The notes under the pieces were generated by a model, which searched no databases, was not told the origin of the DNA, and saw only the letters and a list, made by a program, of their open reading frames with translations. Shown piece by piece: positions 13,041 to 27,044 of a stretch of 64,000 nucleotides of DNA (within the stretch, counting starts at the first letter, position 1; each line of letters begins with the position of its first letter). This DNA comes from Octopus bimaculoides (Eukaryota), in contig NC_068984.1 of NCBI RefSeq assembly GCF_001194135.2, positions 98,886,297 to 98,950,296 of the forward strand, written 5' to 3'. Made by a program: the position numbers and the translations under genes.

Positions 13041-15019
13041 GTGGAAGATATACCCAAGGCAAAGCATTTTGTTCAACACTAATGATTCTAACAATCCAGT
13101 TATCTTTATTTGGCATAATGCTGCAAGGTGAGGAGACATTTGATCTCTTTTATAAGCAGCTAGAAATGACATGATGATAGGAACAGTTCAAAAACAACAT
13201 ACAAAAGAAAAAGAGCAAGAAACAGTGACTGAGATTTGCATAGAGTAAGAAGGGTAAAACAATAATGATGACATCACATTCAGAAATTAATGGCAATGAA
13301 TAGTAATAACAATGTAGAACAACAAAATCAACAAGATTACTCTGACTTTCTCCAGTTCCTGACCATAACTAAATTCCCATTAGTTCACATCCCTCTGCTG
13401 TTTCAAAGATAATGTCCTCCTAGATGTATAAAATGACAGAATGGTCATGGTTGGAACATTTTTTTATCATAGAATCAGGACAGGTGTTGGCAATAACAAA
13501 ATACCTCACCATTATTATCAACATTTGCTCAGTAATCATCCTTGTTCGTTTTAGTAGCTTATGTACATGGCATATTATTTTCAATTTGTTAAAAGAGGTA
13601 CAATGAATGCTTTTAGATTAAGTAAATCCTCCTTATCATCATCATCATCATCATCATTATCATCATCATCATCATCAACATCATATAATGTCTGTTTTCT
13701 ATGCTAGCGTGGATTAGACTGTTTGACCAGAGCTGTTAAACCAGAGAGCTGCACCAGACTCCAAATGTCTGTTTTGGCTTGGTTTCTATGACTGGATGCT
13801 CTTCCTAATTCTACTGCTGGAAGCTCTTCCTAATGCCAACCACTTTACAGAGTGTACTGGGTGCTTTTTATAAGTGTCACCAGCAAGTGAATAGTATTTC
13901 ACTTAACTTTTATAAATGTATATATAAGTTCCCTTCATTGCATGCTGTGAAAATATGAAGGTGATCACACAAATAGTGATAGCCTTCATTCATTTTGCTC
14001 AGCTTGCCAGCTAATCTTCTCCCTGGCTTTTATGATGGAAACACTGTTTGTCACCCTCCCTCTATTTAGCACTATGGAGACAGTATAATCCCCAGCCATC
14101 TGTCACACACTGTAAGGACCACGAGGCAAGCTGTGACTGTCACAGGAGACTGTCAACTAACTAGTTACTAAATACTCTATTCTAGCTACATCACAAAATG
14201 ATGTCATATCACAGTTAGACCTGATATGAAATCAATCCATGAATTCAGGCTTTTTAATCAAAACTGCTGCATCCACCCCAGCATTAGGGAGAAATATGGT
14301 GCCATAATTGAAGTGAAAGTGACTCAGCTAGGATATTTGACATGAAAACATCTAGGAGAGCTACAACTCTGAATATAAAATGTTAAAGAGTAATGCTGAC
14401 GCTTTATTCCCATAAGGTAGCCTGTTTAATTCAGCTGGCACAATAAATTGTTCTCAGTCAATGCTTTTAGGTGAGAACACACAATTGTAAAAGAGCAAAA
14501 CACACACACACACACACACACACCAAAAGCATGACAGTCAAATCAATGTAAATTCTAAAAATCCTAACTGCAAATTGAAGGTTAATACTTAACCATGTAA
14601 GTGTCATGTACAGTAGTGGAGTGGTAAGGTGAGAATGTCTGGTCATACGTGAGAACCCTTCACAATCATTAAAAGATTATACCAATTGTCTTACTTTCAG
14701 GTGTAGAAAATAAACACCAAATGACCTAAACACCACCAGAAAGTCTTTAATTCTTGTCAGCAGAAAAGCCTAAGGGCTGCCACAATTAATGTTAACATGA
14801 TGGTTGTCTACCACTACCACCATCACTACTAACATTAGCACCACTAGCATCTCCACCATTACCACCACCATTATTGTTTACTCAGCCTTCATCATCAATG
14901 TTATCACTATTTCTACCACCATTATTACCACTACCAATGCGTTTAATACCACCATCAATTGAACATACACTTGAATAAAAAGAAATTGTAATATTCTGTT
15001 AAAAATGAATTAATTTCAG

Positions 15020-15175
15020 GATTATCTGGTGTCAAGGGTGCTGCATTTCGTGAAACGTCTAGTATCAACAAGAGTCTCTCTGCTCTTGCTGATGTCTTAG
15101 GAGCACTGGCAGAACGAAGAACTCACGTACCATATCGTAACAGCAGACTTACCTACTTCCTCCAAGACTCAATTG
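15020..15175 (+). CDS. KIF25: Kinesin motor-domain exon (kinesin-14, KIF25-like), penultimate coding exon
   Basis: Flanked by tttcag| and |gtaag, phase 1 at both ends. Translates (G)[51 protein letters not shown](G), containing the kinesin INKSL and [14 protein letters not shown] motifs. Missing from the supplied ORF track. Confidence 0.93.
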
Positions 15176-15192
15176 GTAAGTACCTTGTTTCT

Positions 15193-15286
<94 letters not shown>

Positions 15287-15984
15287 ATACATATACACAA
15301 GAGTTAAGAGATGGAGTAGATAATATCCAGTCTACATATATTTCATAGTGAGTAGAACCTCAGAAGTGGTAAATATCCAAGTCAGGTGTATACTTCAGGC
15401 TACACTTCAGGCCAAGTATATGTTGATTAAAGAGTAGTCTGTGGTAGACACCCCACTTGGATCAAGATATCCTTGGCCTGAAGAGTAGTCTGTAGTATAG
15501 CCCAGATCTTATCTACTCCATTCCTTAACTCCTGTAATTTTGTTTGCATACCCGGCAACCCTGGTCGCCTATCATTAAATATAAACTGAACGTTTTTTCA
15601 GTTTGTCATACCTCGATATGCAAAAAAAAAAAAAAAAAAAAAAAATCCACAACCTTCCATCTCAATAAACCGCTATTGTCCCTGAAAGTTGTCTTTTATA
15701 TTTGCTACAAATTGCTTTAAGTTAACTTTCCTCCTACACCTCGATCCCTGGATTTTATATCTATCTATCTATCTTTCTATCTATCTATAATATATATGTA
15801 TGTATGCATAATGTTTGTTTTTGTGTTCTGTTTTAATAAAAACAAGTTTACTTTAATCTAATGGATTACTCTATACTTTTGTGAAGTACAAATTTAGCAT
15901 TCGTTTTCAGGAATATTGTTGACAGTGACTTCAAAGTTTCAGCTAACTAAGCCATCATAAAACTACAGTCCAATGAGGGCTTAG

Positions 15985-17257
15985 TTGGCCCATTCCATAA
16001 ATAATGTGGTTTTTTCAAATGCATGAATTAAAAGTCAGAGGGGGATGGGATAAACTACTTACATCAACTTGCTATAAAAGCAGGTAGCAATTTTATCTTG
16101 TCCTTATTCTTAGTAAAAGTTTTGAAGAGTGCAGTTTAATTTGAACAGTTACTTTTTCAAAGCTATAATGGAAGTGATAAAGGAGCAAATTCGGCATATT
16201 TTGTTTTATGACTTCAATAAAGGCAACAACACAACAGAAAGTGCAAGGAATATTAATATTAATGTGGAGATCAGACAATAAGCATAAGCCAGTGTCAACG
16301 GTGGTTTCAGAAATTCCAAGCCAGAAACTACAGCCTAGAAGATGAGCCTCATCCTAGAAGATCTGTGGAGCTTGACAAGGATGTCTTACAAACCCTGGTG
16401 GAACAAAATCTCATCATAATTGATGAGGAACTAACAGAGAAGTTTGGATTTGGTCTTCAACCATTCATCGACACCTGTGTGCCATTGGAAAAGTCAGCAA
16501 ATTAGATCAATTGGTTCCTCACAGACTTTCCAAGTCTAATCACATGCGGAGAGTGAATATGTGCTCTTCTTTGCTGTCACATCTCAAGAAAATAGTGACT
16601 AGTGATGAGAATTGAGTGCTCTTTAAGAATGTTAAGTGCCGAAAACAGAGGGTATGGAAAGGAGAAACATCAGCATCCCCGGCTAAAGAAGGTCTTCATC
16701 CACATAAGGTGTTGCTATTTGTTTTGTGGGATATGAAAGGTTTAGTCTGCTTTGATCTTTTAAACCCAAACCAAATGATAACAAACAAAATCTACTGTGA
16801 GCAGCTTGAGTGGCTTAAGTCAGTGCTAGAAGAAAAATGACCGTTTTTGGTTTTTTAAGACAAAAGGTGTTCTTCCATCAAGATAATGCTTGGCCACATA
16901 CAGCAAGGATAACATTCCAAAGGCTGGAGTAATTTGAATGGGAAATGATGCCCCACCCATCATATTTGCCAGACATTGCCCCATCTGATTACCATTTATT
17001 CTGCAGTCTTTAAAGTCATTTTGACGGGAAAAATATGAATTCTGTAGACAAGGCCAGAGCAGTACTGGAGGACCATTTTTCATCATGGACAAGTGAATTT
17101 TGAAAGAGGAGCCGTGCAAGTCTACCAGATAGATGAAAAAGCATTGTAGAAAATGAATGAGAGTATATTTTAGATTAAAAAAGAACTTTGTTCATCTTAA
17201 TTTTGAAAATAAAAGAAGAATAATAAAGAAAACTGCATTATTTATGGGATGACCTAA
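15985..17257 (+). mobile_element. Near-full-length, defective mariner (DD34D) transposon, copy 1
   Basis: TIRs ttggcccattccataaataatg / cattatttatgggatgacctaa followed by TA. Transposase remnants include MEVIKEQIRHIL..., VTSDE.*VL.KN, LHP.KVLL.V.WD and PYLPDIAPSDYHLF, with many stops. Confidence 0.92.
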
Positions 17258-18155
17258 TATATATGTTTGTGTGTATATTATATTACATATATTTATACAT
17301 ACATATATATGCATATAATGACGAAGGGAAAAAAATGGAGAATTATGGATGCTTAAATAATTTATTTGTATATGATGAGGTTGAAAGTTTTTATAAAAAC
17401 AATACAAACAAATTATAGTTTATAAAAGAAAGGCAGATGTCAAAAACCTACATATATGTTTTGATCCATGCCTCTAGGTGATTAGTAATCCTAAGCATTT
17501 GAGTAGGGTCTTATGCTAAGAATTGGTCATCATTTTCAACTATATGAGGCAGAATCTCATCAGGTTTTTATGAGCTTGTACTACAAATGTTAACATATTT
17601 CTTGAAAGGATGCAAATGAAATACTAATAAGTTTAAGAAGTTAGAGTGTATATATATATATATATATATATCATGTGCATGTATTTAACTATTGAATTAT
17701 AAATGTAAGTAAAGATAAAATAAAATACAATAAAATAAAAGATACCATACAAATAATGGTAAAGTAGGAAGTTATAATATAAAAATGTAAACAAAAATAT
17801 AAATGCATGTAAAATAGTATATAAATTTAAATAAAAGGAAAGAACAATACTTAAATATGCAAGTGAAGATTTATATAAATATAATAAATGAAAGATAAGT
17901 TAGATAGAAAAAGTTAATAGTTGGTCGTTATCAATGAATTATTTTCATTGGGTTGGTAATAGATACAGTTCAGGAAATCTATGGATGTGTAGCATTCACA
18001 TCATATTGTGTCATAGTATAGACAAAAGTTTGAAAAATTTAACCGTTATATGTATCTTAAAAGCCTTACATGTGAACCCTTAGTTATGAATATATAAAAT
18101 GTATGCATTCATATCTATGTATNNNNNNNNNNNNNNNNNNNNNNNNNNNNNNNNN

Positions 18156-18230
<75 letters not shown>

Positions 18231-18282
18231 CAATATATATGCATATGCATTTACACATATACACGCATATGCATATATTCAC

Positions 18283-19244
18283 AAAATATATATATTTATT
18301 AAATGTATTTTCATTTATCTATTATCAGAAAGGTTAAGTTGTTAAAGTTATGTTATGGGAAGTTTAGTATCTAGAATTGATGAGTTAAGAGGTGAAATAA
18401 AAAGAAAAGTTGAAAGAGGGAGTGAAGATAAAATATAATGAAATAAAATGCCATACATTCCTAAATATCTATTTTATAAATATCATTAATCATTCTTTAA
18501 TCATTAGATTAAAGAATTCCTTATTAACCATAAATATTTTTACTAAATATTTTTACTAAATTTGAAACTGAATTAATTAGATCTTTATTAGAACCAGCAT
18601 TTATATCTATAATCTTATTCAATATAAAATATATCTCTTGCCTAAAAATACTTATTTCTAATGTATACATAATATATATAAATGGTTATATTCCAACAAT
18701 CCTTCAATTTTATTTCTTTTGTAACATATAAAAAACATCTCCTTATCTATAAATTCCTAGCATATGCGTTCTTTCTTTCTTATTTTTACACAGTAAATTA
18801 AATTATAATATAGTTCATATTTGTTAAATTATCTTTAAATATAAACACTTGGATTAACTAGTAAATATTTCTAATCTACCTTAGCAAACAAATTAATCAT
18901 AAATGCAAATACTGCATTTTTTCTTCATATATAACATAATATGCTATTCCTGCATATAATGGAATGATCTCCAATTTACTTATTTATTTAGTTAATAATT
19001 AATAATTACAAACATATGTTACATTATAACAAATGCCCAATATATGCTCCCATATATTCTACTACATTTTATTTCATTATATTATGTTTTATTTTACTCT
19101 TCATTCCCTCGTTTCAACTTTTCTTTTTATTTGACCTCTTAACTGATCAATTCTAGATATTAAACTTCCCATAACATAACTCTAACAACTTAACCCTTCT
19201 GATAATAGATAAATTAAAATATATTTAATAAATATATATATTTT
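18283..19244. repeat. About 170-bp inverted-repeat pair (18283-18450 / 19065-19244) with a ~615-bp spacer
   Basis: The left arm ...ggttaagttgttaaagttatgttatgggaagtttagtatctagaattgatgagttaagagg... aligns with the reverse complement of the right arm at high identity. Confidence 0.85.
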
Positions 19245-19624
19245 GACTTTGAGATATTTTCCTTAGCTTTCATCAGTAGGCCTCGCTGTTAGCCAAGGGT
19301 TAAATTTATGCTCACTTCGTCATGCCTGTCAAAATCATTGAAAGACCAGTACCAAATTCAAACAATATCAATGTATAGTTATACATAAATAAAGATATTA
19401 TTATTAATAAATAATAACAAAAATAATATAAGTAGGCAGCAAACATTAAAGTCAAAAAGGCAAATTTATAAATTTATTATTAATTATTAATTAGAATTGG
19501 GGGTACATGAAGTATCAGTGTTGCTAGAAATAAGAGTTAAAAAATACTCAAATAAGCCACCATTTCACTGAAAATACAAGTTGATGAAAATTGAGGGACA
19601 AGCAAAATTTCTGAAAACATACAT

Positions 19625-19665
<41 letters not shown>

Positions 19666-20237
19666 CAACATTAAAAATATTTCACACAAGTCAAGAAATA
19701 TGGAAAAATAAGAAAATATATTTTTCTTTTTATATGGCAGTGAATTAATTCCAAAATATATTATGACAGTCAAATAATTTCAAGATACGATAATATGCAT
19801 TGAAAAACAGATTGCCACAGACAAATTATTTCCAAAGACATTATTGCATATGCCAAAATGTCGTCTCATATACAAAATATATTACTACAATCAACTCATT
19901 TCTAGATTATAGATTCCAATGTACATTCAAATAATTTTGGAGTCTATAATTATAAAAATACATCACTGTACATGATTGCAAACCGGTTTTACTTCTTACA
20001 GAAGATATTCATTGCAATGTATTTGTATAATAGCTTGCTACTTGCTTTCCTTTAATATATAATGCATTTAACAGATGTAGTCACACTGTAGATTCACAAG
20101 GCAACAAGTGGGGTAACATTTTATGCTATTAGATCCAGATTAAGTAGGGATATAAATTTTTATACTTCAAAAATATAAAGGGAAAATATATCTCATAAAT
20201 ATTAGGAAATGAATTAAAAATGAGTGTCAGTATTTAG

Positions 20238-20960
20238 TTAATAATTTAAACTTGGTTTATATTTTACTATTAAAAAAATTTCTTTCTTGTTACTTTGTTG
20301 TTCTGTCATATTTTCTGCACGATGATATAGTAGGAACAGTTTAAAATCTGGTTGCCAAGTTCCTGCACATCTATCTAAATGCCGAGTCAAATTATTCTAT
20401 TGTTCAGATCAGTTATTTCTTCCAGGTGAACTGTCTTGCTTTTTCTGAGTGACATACTTGTTTTGGCAATATAATTCTTGCTACACCCAATGCATGTTAA
20501 AACATAAATTAAGTTTTCCAAAAGGCATAGAAAGTTTATTTAAAATTTGTTCATTTTTAAAGCAGAACACAGAGCCTTCAGATATATAGATATATTCAAC
20601 AACTTGAACTTCTATATTTTTTAACTATTGGGTAATGTTAGTTGGTAGTTGGGCACTTGTTAAAAGTTTCTTCAATGAATGAGAATATTTTTTTACTGTT
20701 TATTGTATTTTGTCTAAGTTTCTCCTCATTCTAAGATCATGTTTTAACAGGTAAATTTTACTTAATTGCAATAAATACCTCAGTATTCATTTGGCTATGG
20801 ATTGAGATGTACAGTAAAACATTTGTTTCTGTTTTGGTTTTCACAATTCTTAAATCACTGATATCAATTTCTTCTCTTTCGATTGCATTATTAATTAATG
20901 ATGGTGGATAATATCTGCTAATTAGGCTATCTTTTAGCTCATTTAGCATTTTCTTTCAGG
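20238..20960 (-). mobile_element. Penelope-like element 3' part (linker and GIY-YIG endonuclease)
   Basis: Reads SRYYPPSLINNAIER (linker), NLIYVLTCIGCSKNYIAKTSMSLRKSKTVH (20516-20397) and terminal KYKPSLNY* (stop at 20238-20240). Confidence 0.82.
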
Positions 20961-21526
20961 TGCTCACATTTGATATAATAGTGCATAACCTTTTTGCTAG
21001 ATTGTACAGGATACTGACTCACGTGCTTTGGTTGGCATGAAGCAAAAAGTAAAGCACACACACACACACATTCCTTCATTCATTTGATGTTCATTTTTAC
21101 TATGCTAAAATTGGTTTGAACATGGAGTTATTTGAGGCAGGATTTTATGGCCAAATGCTCTTCTCTTCACCAACCCTTGCCTGTTTTCAAGTAAGGGATT
21201 TATTTTCATTTTGTCTTTAAGAGTGACAATTATAAGTGAACAAGAAATGTCAGCATCAACATTACTTCACTCAGTTAGTGACAAGTGCAGAATAATCAAC
21301 ATCCATGCACCCCACCCCCACATACACACATGGATATATAAAATATTTGTGTAAAGTTAATGATTCAAGGTATAGCTGCTTAAGAGTTCCATGTGAGGGG
21401 ATCTGTCAGGCTATGTCAAAGGGAATGAAGAAAACCAAGATGGTAGATAGAACTGTTACCACAAACCTGCTAACCTTGGAACATCCTTCACACAACCAGT
21501 ATGAAATATGAATAAACTCAGAACAG

Positions 21527-21700
21527 GCAGAATCAGTAGGATGCTGAGTGAAATGCTTGACAGCATTTTGTCTGTCTTTACATTCTGAGTTCAAATTCCT
21601 CCATTGTCAACCTTGTCTTTCATCCTTTCAAGCTTAATGAAATAAGTACCAGCTGAGCACTGGGGTTGATTTAATGGACTAAGCCCCTCTCTCCAAACTG
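21527..21700 (+). mobile_element. tRNA-derived SINE (family B)
   Basis: ggcagaatc...ttctgagttcaaattcc...ctttcatcctttc...taagtaccag motifs recur at 22680, 32163, 40962, 41193, 43545 and 60470. Confidence 0.7.
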
Positions 21701-21819
21701 TTGAGGATGTAAATTTTGTGTAAGAATAAATGTTGTAAACTTCATGATACAATAGAAAAACATTAGTTGAGAGAAATACTATTCTGTAGAGAATTCCACA
21801 AAAAAAAAAAAACTATATA

Positions 21820-22250
21820 GGCACAGGAGTGGCTATGTGGTAAGTAGCTTGCTAACCAACCACATGGTTCCGGGTTCATTCTCACTGCGTGGCACCTTGG
21901 GCAAGTGTCTTCNNNNNNNNNNNNNNNNNNNNNNNNNNNNNNNNNNNNNNNNNNNNNNNNNNNNNNNNNNNNNNNNNNNNNNNNNNNNNNNNNNNNNNNN
22001 NNNNNNNNNNNNNNNNNNNNNNNNNNNNNNNTATATATATATATATGTTTGTGTGTGTTTGTCCCTCCACCATCGCTTGACAACCGATGCTGGTGTGTTT
22101 ACGTCCCCGTAACTTAGCAGTTCGGCAAAAAGAGACCGATAGAATAAGTACTAGGCTTACAAAGGATAAGTCCTGGGGTCGATTTTCTCGACTAAAGGCA
22201 GTGCTCCAGCATGGCCACAGTCAAATGACTGAAACAAGTAAAAAGAGTAA
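21820..22250 (+). mobile_element. tRNA-derived SINE (family A), relatively young copy with an internal assembly gap
   Basis: Head ggcacaggagtggctatgtggtaag (A box) and ggttcattc (B-box-like); CpGs retained; tail gaaacaagtaaaaagagtaaaaaag. Confidence 0.85.
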
Positions 22251-23318
22251 AAAAGTATAAGATTATCTAAAGAAACTTTAATTGTATAAGCATGATCCAA
22301 AAATTAATTTCGCAACAGAAAAAGTACCTGACCATAAAAACCTTACCTCACATGCCATCCCTCACCTTACTAACATGGGAAATCCAATTTGTCCTTTTTC
22401 ATGACACAAGGGTGTGATTTGGGAAAAGCATGGCTACTCTTTCTAGCAAATCACATGACCATGTACACTACCTTCTAAATCATGTTCCAAATAGAAATGG
22501 GCTTTGTTGTTCTTCTTGTTTAACTCCAAGTGAACTCTGATACAGCAGACTTCTCTTCAAAGATGTTCTAACGATGATGACCTGATCATTTGTTCAGATA
22601 GTTCATCAAGGTCAACATTTTCACATCTGCTTTTCTTATATTAGGTCAATAGGCTGCTGTTTTTGCCAGGTGGAGCAACCATGGAAGTAAATATATTAGC
22701 TTCAAATTTTGATAAAAGGCCATCAATTTCAGGGCAGGGAGTAAGTCAATTACATTGACCCCACTGTTCAACTGGTGGTTATTTTATCCACCCTGAAATA
22801 ATGAAAAGGAAAGTCAATCTTGGTGGAATTTGAACTCAGAATGTGATGATGGATGAAATGCTGCTGAGTATTTTGCCCGTCATGATAAGGATTCTTTCAG
22901 CTCTCTGCCTTCATGGAAGTAGATATATTAGTTACTGTTGTTGTTCAGATCCAGGTCAGATCAGGTCAAGGAGATCTATGGCCAAAGACATCCCCACTTT
23001 CCAGATTTAGTGTACTTCAGACATCATTATAAAATCTGTCTTTCTGTTCTTAAAAGTTAGTAGAGTGAAATTTGAAGAAGATATTGGCTGTTATTCCTAG
23101 TATATTGAGGGAGCACACACATGATTGAGTTAAAGGAATGGAATACCAATCACAGGTTTCTATTTGTAAATATGTGATGCCAAGGGCAGGTGAAAGGACA
23201 TTGGTATGGGAGCTTAGATAGTGACTATTAATATAATCAAATATTTATATATGTGTATGCATGTATTTATTTATTCATTCATTCATTTGTTAAAAGTATG
23301 TTTTCCATAAAAGCAGAG

Positions 23319-23459
23319 TGTAATGTATAACCAGTAAATCCTGGCTCAAAGAAACTAATTTTTAGTCATAGTCCTGTACGTTATTCCAAATGGCCGTTCT
23401 CTCTCTTTCTCTTCCTGTTAAATGTGCATGCTCTTTATATCAACGTTATTTGCATAACA
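23319..23459 (-). repeat. 3' LTR of the Gypsy element
   Basis: 11 mismatches in 141 bp versus the 5' LTR (manual count). Confidence 0.95.
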
Positions 23460-23472
23460 TTCATTCCCTCTT
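23460..23472 (-). other. Polypurine tract
   Basis: Minus-strand aagagggaatgaa directly abuts the 3' LTR. Confidence 0.7.
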
Positions 23473-23799
23473 AGAAAAAGAAGGGAAAAGAAATCATAGA
23501 TCAAGCCTTTCCGGGGCTTTCCAAATCCTTTGTGATCAATGCAGCTGAGAGGATTCTTCCTTTTGTTCTTGACGGTCATCTCTAGGAGGAGGAGGAGGAG
23601 AAATTTCAGTTGGCTCTCTGGCTCTTGAGAGACAAATGTTTGGGTTAGGTTATCAGTTGGGTTAATCTTCCCTGGTGATACCAATTGTTTTGTGGATACT
23701 TTAGTTTCGCAACAGTCTGGGTAACGGACGTGAGTGTAATGGGAGTTGGTTTCAATTAAATCAACATGGTCCACAATAGGGTCATACTTATTAGTGCGA

Positions 23800-24630
23800 T
23801 TGTTCCTTTGAACAAGTTCAGGTTCTGGGTTAAGAAGTCATGTTGGCATAGATGTTCCTGAACGTCTTTGATAGTTAAAAAGACGTTCATGAGGAGTGGC
23901 ATTAGTGGACATACAAAGTAGTGAATGCAATGCATCTGAAAGAACTGTTTCCCATGAAAATACTGGAAGGGCACCGGTTTTCAAAGAGAGTAGTACTGAT
24001 TTCCAAATAATACTATTATATCTTTCTACTTGACTGTTCCCAGTGGGACTGTATTGTGTCATCCTACTCGTTGCAATGCCCTTACTGAGGAGCCATTCTC
24101 TCAATCTTGTAGACATAAAGGCAGTTCCATGATCTGAATGTACATAACTGGGCTTACCAAAAACTGAGAACAAGTCTATAAGACACTTTATTACAGTCTG
24201 AGCCGAGGTGTCAGATACTGGATAACCAAATGGAAACCGAGAGTATTCGTCAACTATTGTTAGGAGATAAGGATGCTTCATGGAAGGAATCAGACCTTTG
24301 AAATCGATGGAAATTCACTTGAAGGGCTGCATGTCTTTAATTAAGTTAACTAAGTCTGGTTTATAATATTGTGGTTTCACTTCTTGCCATATAGAGCAAT
24401 TCCTACATATTTGTTTCATGTTCTCTAACGAATACAGCAGATTTCTACTGTGGACGAAATGATGAAGGTGTACTACACCAGGATGGCACAGTGCTGCATG
24501 TAACTCATAAAGTGAATGTGAACTAATTGCTGGACAGCGTACCTTTGTGAATGCATCCAGAGCGATGTTGCTGGATCCTGGGCGATAGTGAATATCATAT
24601 GAGTATGGAGATAATGCAATGCGCCATCTC
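23800..24630 (-). pseudogene. Gypsy integrase (degenerate)
   Basis: Reads LHAALCHPGV...C.NCSIWQEVKP (HHCC), LTIVDEYSRFPF, VHSDHGTAF and SPTGNSQVERYN (DDE). Confidence 0.9.
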
Positions 24631-24639
24631 ATAATTGTA

Positions 24640-25700
24640 TCATTTTTTTATTTTGCTCGTTGCTTTATAATTATACATGAATGCAACAGAACGTTGATAA
24701 GTAATTAATGTAAAATGTCTAACTAGAAGAAAGTGTCTCCAATCTTGAATTGATTTGATAATTGCTTGGGCTTCCTTTTCAACTGAGGAGTGGTATTGTT
24801 CGCTACCTTGCAGCATGTGAGAATGGAATGCGATTGGTCTTCTATCTTGATTTAGTGTCACAGATATGGCAAAATCCGAAGCATCCGTCTCAACGGTAAA
24901 TGGAATGTTCTCTTCAATTACTTGAATGGCAGCATTGGCTAGTTCTACCTTTAATGACACAAATGCTTTTACTTGTTGGCTGTTTAGAGGAAATTTTAAT
25001 ACGTTATTTAGAGGATATATTTTGTCAGAAAATTAATGATTTCTGGTCCGTTGGTGTAGGAAGATTGAGGAGTGGAGCAAGCCTTTCTGGGTCAGGGATG
25101 AATGTATTGTGTGAGATATGGTATCCAAGAAAGTCAAGAGTTGTTGAGTAAACGCATTTGTCTTCATTCATGGTAAGCCCTTCACTTTTTGCTGCCATTT
25201 CAAATTTTTCTAAATTTTTATTGTCGTCATTTTGATCTTTCCCACATATGGTTAAATTGTCCATGAATGGGAACGTATCTCGCAGCTTGTATTTACTCAT
25301 GAAGTCGTCCATTATACGTTGGAAACATGCGCTGCCATCAGTTACTCCGCATGGCATCCTAGTATAATGCCATAATTTACCATCAGCTTTAAAGGCAGTG
25401 AATTGACGGTCTTTCTCTGATAGAGGAATCTGATGGTATGCCAAACGTAAGTCTATAGTAGTGTAGACTTTATACTTGGCAATAGTGTTCACTAACTCAT
25501 CAATTTTAGGAAGGGGGTAGGTATCAAGCTGTGTATATTTGTTAATCGTCTCTGAGTAGTCAATCACCATTCTTTGCCTTTTTTTTTTCTTGAACAACTA
25601 ACACTTGCAATCTCCAAGGAGAGTTACTAGGTTCAATAATGTTTGCATCTGCTAAGTGGCGTACTTCTGTCCTGATAAACTCTTGATCACGTTCTGAGTA
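24640..25700 (-). pseudogene. Gypsy reverse transcriptase and RNase H (degenerate)
   Basis: Reads SPWR.QVLVV, RMVIDYS, YPLPKIDEL, IDLRLAYHQIPL, FMDNLTICG, FLGYHI; RNase H VETDASDFAI...EKEAQAII...FTLITYQRSV. Confidence 0.92.
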
Positions 25701-25799
25701 TTTTTGTGATTTGGCTGCAATAGGTTTACAGTCCTCTCTGAGATGAGTGAATAGCTTTGGAGGATCAGTTTTCATAGCTGTTAATGGTGGTCTCTGTCC

Positions 25800-26156
25800 T
25801 CTGTATTGTATGGTAATACTTTCATGCCGTTCTTGGAAGTCAGTACCCAGAATTAGGTCAGTGCACAAGTTTCTGAGCATGTACAGTCTTACGTGGTTGT
25901 ATTTCTGATTATTTAGGATTAACGAGACAGTGCAGTATCCCTTGGATTCCGCAGAAAGAAATGAAGAAGCCATACCAATGACGTTCTTCAATTTGACTGT
26001 CTTGATGTTGAATGTGTTCACTAGCTTCTCACTGATGAAGCTCTTGTCAATTCTACCGCTATCAATTAAAGCTTCGGCTTTATAGCTTTTGTTCAGTATA
26101 ACCATGGAGGTTACCTTGAAGGGTGAACCTGCTGATGCTGATACTGCCAATGGCAA
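25800..26156 (-). pseudogene. Gypsy aspartic protease
   Basis: EALIDSG active-site motif and LILGTDF. Confidence 0.85.
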
Positions 26157-26179
26157 ATTATATTTACCATCATCCTGTG

Positions 26180-26954
26180 TTACAGTTGCTGCATTGCTCC
26201 CACATAGTTTTCCAAAATGCCCTATTTTTTGGTATTCATGACAGACTGCTTTCTGTGCAGGCCAGTGAGTCTACAGGTGTCTGGAATAGCCACAAAGCCA
26301 ACATTGAGAGGGGTCTCCTTTTCAGGTCTCGGCAGAGTGTTTTCCCTCCTGCTTTGGAGAATCTATTGACTTAGCTACAATGGGTGCAGTTGGACTGAAG
26401 TTGGCACCTTCAAAGTTTAGAAAGACACTGGAACTCTGTTGCACCACATCTAGTGAACGTGCTTGATCATAAGCTGTACTGAGGTTGACACTTTTGTTTT
26501 CTAATAGTCTTTGTCGTATTTGATTCGAAGTGAGCCCATTTATAAATGCATCTCGAATCATTTCAGACTGGTACTGCTCAGCACTCACTGCAACAAAGTC
26601 ACAGTCTTTCGCTAATATTTTGAGTTTCTTTTAAGAACTGGTCTAGAGATTCCCCTGGTTTCTGTTTTCTTGTAGCTAAAAGATGGCGTGCCATTACGAT
26701 GCTCTTTGGTTTAATGTCCACACTCTTTAGTGTATTCACTGCTTGTTCATAGTTCTTAGCTTCACTGATGAATTCGTATACGTTCGGTTCCACATAATTA
26801 ATCAAAAGATTGAGTTTATCGATAATCCTACTTTCTTGCCCTGGTAGTGAGTCTATAAAGTTGGTGAAAGTTCTAAACCAGTGATTAAAAGTTTATCAGC
26901 ATTTGTAGAACTTGGGTCTACATTCAATCTGTTAGGTTTCAAATATCTTTCCAT
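26180..26954 (-). pseudogene. Gypsy gag (frameshifted)
   Basis: ATG at 26954 gives MERYLKPNRLNVDP..., HWFRTF, ARHLLATRKQKPGESLDQF and IRDAFINGL, then CWLCGYSRH and CHEYQKIGHFGKLC knuckle remnants. Confidence 0.85.
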
Positions 26955-27027
26955 ATCATTCACGTCTTTTCACAAATTTCTTTCTCTATAGATTGCTCTG
27001 CAACTTTTCCCAGTTGTGTATTTTCAG

Positions 27028-27043
27028 AAATTAGTTTCTTTGA
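27028..27043 (-). other. Non-tRNA primer-binding-site candidate complementary to the element's own LTR
   Basis: Plus-strand aaattagtttctttga (27028-27043) is the exact reverse complement of tcaaagaaactaattt (27072-27087) inside the 5' LTR. Confidence 0.7.
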
Positions 27044-27044
27044 T

